From Laetmonice hystrix (Eukaryota), in NCBI GenBank assembly GCA_965235115.1, contig OZ249436.1, positions 54,624,001-54,688,000 on the forward strand: 64,000 bases of DNA, written 5' to 3'. Below the pieces are notes generated by a model. The model saw only the letters and a program-made list of their open reading frames with translations. It was not told where the DNA came from and searched no databases. The translations under genes and the position numbers were made by a program. The first letter of the stretch is position 1; each line of letters opens with the position of its first letter. Shown here in pieces: positions 57,889-64,000 of this stretch.

Positions 57889-58680
57889 AAAAATAAGGGT
57901 TAGGCCTAAACGTTCACTGAATAGGCCCGGTCATTAATTTTAGGCAAGACTCGCCACGCGAAAGCGCCACCTGACGGAATCTACACAGAAATGTACACGC
58001 GATTGCCCCAGGGGGCGCTGCGCGAGTATTCGACTGCCACCAGTCTGGCCACGTGCTTGTGCATTGACCTACATGCAAAACACGTTCTGCCAGTTTACGA
58101 AGGGTCAACAACAGCATTGAACCTTGCCCCGGAAGTACTCTCATGACAGCTAGCTAAACCAAGTACAGAACTGGGTTCGATTGTATTTGAAGACATGCCA
58201 CGATACTGATGAATTCCCCAGTACTCAAGGGTACGTATATGACACTTAGGATTGGTTTTTTTTAGGAAGCATTGGCATGGCTTCGTGCCAAGGGCCATTA
58301 AGGCAGTAGATCTACCCTGCGAGGCGACAGGCAGTCACTGGGCACCACTCACTCAGTGAGTCAGTGTGACACGGTGACAGTGATGCCTGATGGCAGTCCT
58401 GCCAGTCGGCCTACTTCAGTACTTGGCAGCTGCTGCCCAAAACAATCCATGCCATCCAGTGTTCAGTGTAGACTGTAGTTGGGGTGCCCCAGAGATCGTC
58501 CATTCTAGGGAGATGAATTTAGGGACGTTATAAAGTATTATTGAGAAATTTATATTACCTGGCTATTTTAAGATCATCAAAAGGTTTTAATACAACTCGA
58601 AAATATCTGCCCTGTCCACCTACTCAGGCTACTGTCCTACAATTTGTACAAAGTACAAGGCCAAGGGCCTGTCAGGCTAA

Positions 58681-58878
58681 AGGCCGGTTTATAGTCCGTC
58701 GGCCGATCATCGGCCGACCATGGCATCGGCCGACCATCGCTGAACGTTTATAGTTCAGCGATCCGGCCGTCGGCCGACCGATCGCTGAGAGTTAAACCTA
58801 TGTGAACTTTGACCTGACGTCAAGCGATGGTCGGCCGATGATCAACAGATGGTCGGGCGATGGACTATAAACCAGCCT
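58681..58878. mobile_element. MITE with TAA TSD (PIF/Harbinger-like)
   Basis: TAA|AGGCCGGTTTATAGTCC...GGACTATAAACCAGCCT|TAA. Confidence 0.9.
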
Positions 58879-58905
58879 TAAATATGTCGAGATGACCTAT
58901 AGTTC

Positions 58906-59571
58906 TGTCGTAATCGGGTTCTGGGGTATCAACCACAACTACGAAATTGGGGAGCAGATGATGGTAAAACTTTAATGACATTATAAACAAGTCAACTGTT
59001 GAGCAAGTGGCAATAGCCACGAATGACAAAATGTACCTGGTGAAGTGACCACGTGGGGAGATATAAATTGGTCGGGTGAAGGGGTGAGCACAGACTCACC
59101 ACGCACAGTTGTATATAGTCCTCAGTCCTGACTCCATGAATATAACACACACAATCCTTGATCCATTGATATATCCGTGAAGGAATGATGCACAAGTGTG
59201 GACCCGTATATTATAGAAATGACCAATAAGGTGAACTGTCCGGGGCCGTGACGTTGTGTCGGCGTTGGGACTAGGTGATGGCCGTTGAGAGAGAGAGAGA
59301 GGGGGGTCACCCAGGGGTTATATACCCCTGGTGACGTCACCGTTGTTAATCCCGCCAAGTAAAACAATTGGCTGATAAGGTCACGTGGGTCAAGGGGTTA
59401 CATTAAGGGGTGATGGATCCATACAAATGGAGCTGGTATGATAAATCTAGCTCAACAGTAAAAACATATGTGTGTGAATATAATATAGGTTTGTAGAGAG
59501 ATGTACATGTAGTTGCATAACAAACAGATTAATGATAAATTGTTAAGTAGTGTCCTGAGGACAGTACGATA
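58906..59571 (-). repeat. 3' LTR (666 bp) of the Gypsy element
   Basis: Terminal inverted repeat TGTCGTA (58906) ... TACGATA (59571); abuts the polypurine tract AAGGGGGAGG (minus, 59581-59572); TATATAA-like box at ~59320 and ATTAAA at 58976-58971 on the minus strand. Confidence 0.8.
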
Positions 59572-60820
59572 CCTCCCCCTTGCTTCTGGAGATTGGTGCT
59601 CCAATCCAGGGGTAAAACAACGATAGAAAATTACAAGATAACTGGTTACATAAGTCATCAAGTCGCTCATATCAATTACCATCAGGGTACAAATACAATG
59701 TTAACAGTGAATGTAGAGTAAACTAGTATAGACTTTACTTAGCGTTTGCTTCCCTTTTTGTGGTTACTAAACCTTTTGCTTTTTTTTTTTTTGTTTTGTT
59801 TTGACAAATGACAGTTTCTGAAAAACTACTAGGCTTATCTCATATGTATGTGGTTACGTCTGGAGGATGTCCATAATGGTCTACGGTACGACTGTCTGTT
59901 TCCTGACCATAGGATGGTGACATATTCTCCATGTGTATGTGTACTATATACAGTCACAACACGAATGTCTGTGTTATGAAAAGTGATCAACACGAATGTC
60001 TGTGTTATGATACTCAAGGTGATCAATACGAATGTCTGTATTGAAAAGAACGGAAATCACGAAAGTCTGTGATATAAACTTTGATACATTAAGGATTCAC
60101 AAATGTCCGTGATCCGTAAAATAACAACACGTAGTATGTTGAAACACAAGGTGTCCGTGTCTCAGGCAAATAGAATCACACAACCATTCTGGGCTGCGTA
60201 AACTGTAATCTTGATGTTGACTTGACATGTTGACCATCTGCTGCTGAAGGTGTGTGAGCATGGAACAAAATCAATTACTTTCACGCATTACCACTTAGGT
60301 CTGATAATCAAGGATATACGAAGGGGATGTGTTGGATATGAGGTTGGGGAGTTTCTGGGCTGTGGTCAGTTGGGTCAAGTTTGGACAGGGTAGATAACCT
60401 GGGCCATTAGTAGTCGATGTTTGTTACCTCATTTGTTTGAAAAGTTAACTGTTGTGACTGTTTTAAATTGAGAGAGAAATATACACAGCGAAATCCTTTT
60501 TTTCGCTACTGATGGATTCTTGCCAATCTCAGTGTCACCAACCCTCCAACTGCATGCTATAAACCCGACAGCAAATGACATACAGAACTGATGAGTGAGG
60601 TGAATGTAGCTATCCTAGGCCAGCTAGGTGCTAATTAATGATAATGAGATAGGCCTATGAATTCTGTAGCCAGGTACAGTACAGGTTTAGGTGGGTTATG
60701 TGCACACTAATAATGGAGAACCAACTTGTAGGACTTACTGGAAAGCTTGTGTTATACTCCCTTACGTTATGTTATGTTGAGCTGTCATGTAAATGACACT
60801 ATGGGGTTTCAAATATCCCT

Positions 60821-63800
60821 TCAGGCATGAAACTTGTTTGATGTACGTTTCCTTTTTTTGCCTGACATCGTCTTATTGATGTAAAACTGACGTTTTAGTA
60901 CTTCTGGTACATCACGGTCATTGAGCCATATGGATTTTGACTGACCCTTTATTTTGACCAGGAAAACCTTGCGACCTTGGAGCCGTGCGGCCTTGATGAT
61001 TGACTGTACCTCAATGTCACCACTGGAGTCATCGTTTGTCTGGCTGTGTGCAGCTGGTTGGGGTTCTGGGTTGACTGGCTCCTTATCAGGGTGTGAAGGT
61101 TGGGGGTCCTGTATATCGTTTGTGGGTGGGTCAACTTCTGGTGTTTGTGGTTCGAGGATAGTGTATTTCCTGTCCTCTGAGGGAGAGTACGGTTTCAGCC
61201 TGTTGGCGTGAACATAGGCGCTGAGAACTTTGTGAGTTTTGCCATCTCTCAATTTGTATGTGGGGATGGGACCTTTGTCCACAATGTAATATGGGCCTTT
61301 GTAGGGACAATGAAGTTTGCTGGATTCTCCTACTTTCACCTGATGATCCCGCAACAAAACCATCTGTCCAACAAAGAAAGGAGGATCTTTGGCCTTACTG
61401 TCATACCTAGAATGATCTGTTGCCGTGTTGTGCTTGATGTTATCAACAGCTGCTTTCCTTGCAACATCCAGGTTCTGAAGCAGTGTGTCAACATACGCTT
61501 TTGCTGTCGTGGGTAAATCCTCACGTGGTAGGATGACACTGTCAAGGGGTGTGGTCATATTTCTGCCAAACAGAATGAAATACGGGGAATACTGGGTTGA
61601 ACGGGTACATGGTGTGGCTCTAAAAGCCATGAGGATACCGGGAATGTACTTGGGCCAATCGTCTTGGTTCTGACCACAATATGCACGGAGGGCCTGTTCC
61701 AGGGAACTGTTCAGTCTCTCACATGTAGAGTTGGTTTGGGGATGGTAGGGGGATGTGTTTACTTTCCGAACCTGGAAAATGGTACACAGTTCCTTTACCA
61801 GGTGTGACATGAACTGACGTCCTCTATCGGATACCAATGAACGTGGGGCGCCAAATCTGGCAAAGATTTCCCTGTACAGTATATTGGCTACTGTGGTGGC
61901 GTCTTGTGAGGTAGTTGGAAAAGCTTCACACCATCTGCTGAAGCTGTCAACAACCAGGAGTATATACCGGGATTTGTCCTTGGCGGGTTTGAATGGACCT
62001 ATGAAGTCTATATGCCACCTGTCGAATCTGTCGACTACTGGCATTGGTTGTAGAGGGGCAGGATTAAAATGAAACCTTCGTTTTGCCATTTGACAGGGAT
62101 TACATCCGCGTACATAGTTACTGACATCACGGTACATACCAGGCCAGTAGTACTTGAGTTTGATAGAATGGTATGTTCTATCCTGACCTTGATGAGCACC
62201 GCCCATGAGACCATCATGATACTGTGCCAGTATGTTGGTTCTAAGGGATGTGGGAATTGCTAGCTGTTTTAGCATGCAGTCACCTCTCGGCATATTTCTC
62301 GACCTTGGGTAGAATATATGGTAGAGATGACTCTGGTCCAGAACATACTGGTCACTTTCTAACAGAACTCTCTTTGCCAGTGCTTCCTCGTTTGGCAATT
62401 CCCCACTTTCAAGGTATTTGTAAATGTTACCTAATTGTGGGCAGGATTTTTGTGATGCTGGCATATCGGCCAGATAGCTGGACTCATCTGCTGGGATACA
62501 TGGTAAACAGTCTACTGGAGTACACTGTCCCACTGGTGGTTGTTGATCTGGGAGGTAATCAAATGTCGCCTCATAACACTCATTTTCGCTTTCAGTATCA
62601 GGTTCTGGATCTGACTGCAGGGTGGGTAAGACATGTAACAAGTCTCCTGGAATTACATCATCAGGCGCTTCCACACCCTGATCCTTATCATAAGGACGTC
62701 TGGATAGACCGTCAGCGTTGGTATTTGAGGTACCTTTTTTGTATACTATATTGTAATCATAGCCTTGTAGAGCCAACGCCCACCTTGCCAACTTGTTATT
62801 TTGGTCTTTGATTGTTTTCAAGAATTGAAGCGCCCTGTGATCAGTGACCACTGTAAATGGGCGAGCCACAAGATAAGGGTGAAACACCTTAATTGCTTCA
62901 ATGATTGCTAGGCACTCTAGCTGAGGAATACTGTACTTCAGCTCAGCACCTCTGAGTGCACGACCACCATACGAGACTGGGTGTTCCCTTCCGTCCTTCT
63001 TCTGACTGAGGATAAACCCAATGGCTGACAGGGAAGCATCCGTTGTTACGATGAAGCTTTCATTCATGTCTGGGAACGCCAATAGTGGTGGGTTAGTTAG
63101 TGCTGCTTTAATCTGTTTGAACGCACTGTCACATTTGGCTGTCCATTCGAACTCCACATTTTTGCACAGGAGTTTGGTGAGTGGGGTTGCTATGGTGCTG
63201 TAACTAGGAATGAATCGCCGGTAGTAGTTTGCTATGCCTAGAAATGAGCGCACCTGTTTTTGATTTTGGGGGGTGGGAAAGTTGTCAATCACCTTTGTTT
63301 TATCAGGGTCCGGTAGAACTCCTTTTGATGTGAGTACATGACCTAGGTAGTTCACAGAGTTAGCGCCAAATACACATTTTGCTGGCTTTGCCCGGAGGTT
63401 GGCACTCCTCAGGCGATCAAAAACTAAGGACAGATCCTTGATATGACTGTCTACGTCCCTGCTGAAACAGATTATATCGTCCATGAAGACTATCACTATT
63501 TTGTAGAGTAGACCACTGAACACTTTTGACATGAGTTTTTGAAATGAAATGGGTGCATTTCGCAGTCCGAAGGGCATGCGCTTCCACTGGTACTGTCCGG
63601 TCTGTGTGACAAAGGCGGTCTTCTCGCGACTGTCGCGAGCCATCGGCAATTGCCAGAATCCGGCGGCGAGATCTACGACGGAATAGATCGATGCTTTTGA
63701 CTCTCCGATAGCATCCCATATATCCTCCAACCGTGGAAGTGGAAAATTTTTGGGTTTGGTAACAGAATTTAAATGTCTGTAATCAACTGCGAACCTGAAT

Positions 63801-64000
63801 GAACCATCCTTTTTTCTAACTAACACTACTGGTGACGTCCATTCAGATGTGGAGGGCTCGATAAATCCCTGCTCCAACAGAGTACCGATCTGAGATTCAA
63901 TTTCTGCCCTCACCTTAGGAGACGCCCTATAAAATCTTTGTGCCTTAGGCGGCGCATCACCTGTATCTATATAGTGTTCCATGAGGCGGGTACAACCTAG
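60821..64000 (-). CDS. pol: Gypsy Pol polyprotein (RT, RNase H, integrase, chromodomain-like C-terminus), 5'-truncated by the window
   Basis: Frame is open from the window edge to the stop at 60821. RT: SPVVLVRKKDGSFRFAVDYR, MPFGLRNAP, FMDD. RNase H: TTDAS, LECLAI, VTDH. Integrase: H..H..C..C, WHIDF, SDRG, CERLN, GPY. Tail: IEVQSIIK...FLVKIKG...W. Confidence 0.97.
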   Translation of the reverse strand, partial: LGCTRLMEHYIDTGDAPPKAQRFYRASPKVRAEIESQIGTLLEQGFIEPSTSEWTSPVVLVRKKDGSFRFAVDYRHLNSVTKPKNFPLPRLEDIWDAIGESKASIYSVVDLAAGFWQLPMARDSREKTAFVTQTGQYQWKRMPFGLRNAPISFQKLMSKVFSGLLYKIVIVFMDDIICFSRDVDSHIKDLSLVFDRLRSANLRAKPAKCVFGANSVNYLGHVLTSKGVLPDPDKTKVIDNFPTPQNQKQVRSFLGIANYYRRFIPSYSTIATPLTKLLCKNVEFEWTAKCDSAFKQIKAALTNPPLLAFPDMNESFIVTTDASLSAIGFILSQKKDGREHPVSYGGRALRGAELKYSIPQLECLAIIEAIKVFHPYLVARPFTVVTDHRALQFLKTIKDQNNKLARWALALQGYDYNIVYKKGTSNTNADGLSRRPYDKDQGVEAPDDVIPGDLLHVLPTLQSDPEPDTESENECYEATFDYLPDQQPPVGQCTPVDCLPCIPADESSYLADMPASQKSCPQLGNIYKYLESGELPNEEALAKRVLLESDQYVLDQSHLYHIFYPRSRNMPRGDCMLKQLAIPTSLRTNILAQYHDGLMGGAHQGQDRTYHSIKLKYYWPGMYRDVSNYVRGCNPCQMAKRRFHFNPAPLQPMPVVDRFDRWHIDFIGPFKPAKDKSRYILLVVDSFSRWCEAFPTTSQDATTVANILYREIFARFGAPRSLVSDRGRQFMSHLVKELCTIFQVRKVNTSPYHPQTNSTCERLNSSLEQALRAYCGQNQDDWPKYIPGILMAFRATPCTRSTQYSPYFILFGRNMTTPLDSVILPREDLPTTAKAYVDTLLQNLDVARKAAVDNIKHNTATDHSRYDSKAKDPPFFVGQMVLLRDHQVKVGESSKLHCPYKGPYYIVDKGPIPTYKLRDGKTHKVLSAYVHANRLKPYSPSEDRKYTILEPQTPEVDPPTNDIQDPQPSHPDKEPVNPEPQPAAHSQTNDDSSGDIEVQSIIKAARLQGRKVFLVKIKGQSKSIWLNDRDVPEVLKRQFYINKTMSGKKRKRTSNKFHA

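Larger units (their letters stand above)
58906..64000 (-). mobile_element. Ty3/Gypsy LTR retrotransposon, 3' portion (continues beyond the window)
   Basis: Order RT-RNase H-integrase, then a ~1.2 kb 3' UTR, PPT and LTR. Confidence 0.95.

Noticed and set aside
59582..60820. env gene or extra ORF in the Gypsy element
   Set aside because: No long frame or TM-bearing ORF on either strand.

Overview
This is eukaryotic, repeat-rich metazoan DNA, most likely from an invertebrate; it is not prokaryotic and carries no CRISPR array. Two spliced genes could be reconstructed by hand and they converge. One is a cytosolic sulfotransferase with 3 coding exons (+, 28027..30254, 294 aa) whose first coding intron has a GC donor. 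The other is a complete 21-exon receptor guanylyl cyclase of the natriuretic-peptide-receptor type (-, 52006..33225, 1053 aa). A third, less certain + strand gene (about 10-22 kb) appears as phase-1 exons encoding an acidic tail with YxxL and acidic-dileucine sorting-like motifs. The right end holds the 3' half of a Ty3/Gypsy retrotransposon with an uninterrupted pol frame (RT, RNase H, integrase, chromodomain-like tail), a polypurine tract and a 666-bp LTR. The rest is dense in TEs: an Academ-type remnant with ~0.5 kb TIRs, Penelope-like and Tc1/mariner-type fragments, a tRNA-SINE, many MITEs with verifiable TSDs, and at least seven minisatellites. No new system can be proven from sequence alone. 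The best leads are an in-frame transposase cassette in the cyclase gene that could give a cyclase-less receptor, an 11-fold stem-loop array right behind the cyclase stop codon, and the orphan acidic-tail gene.
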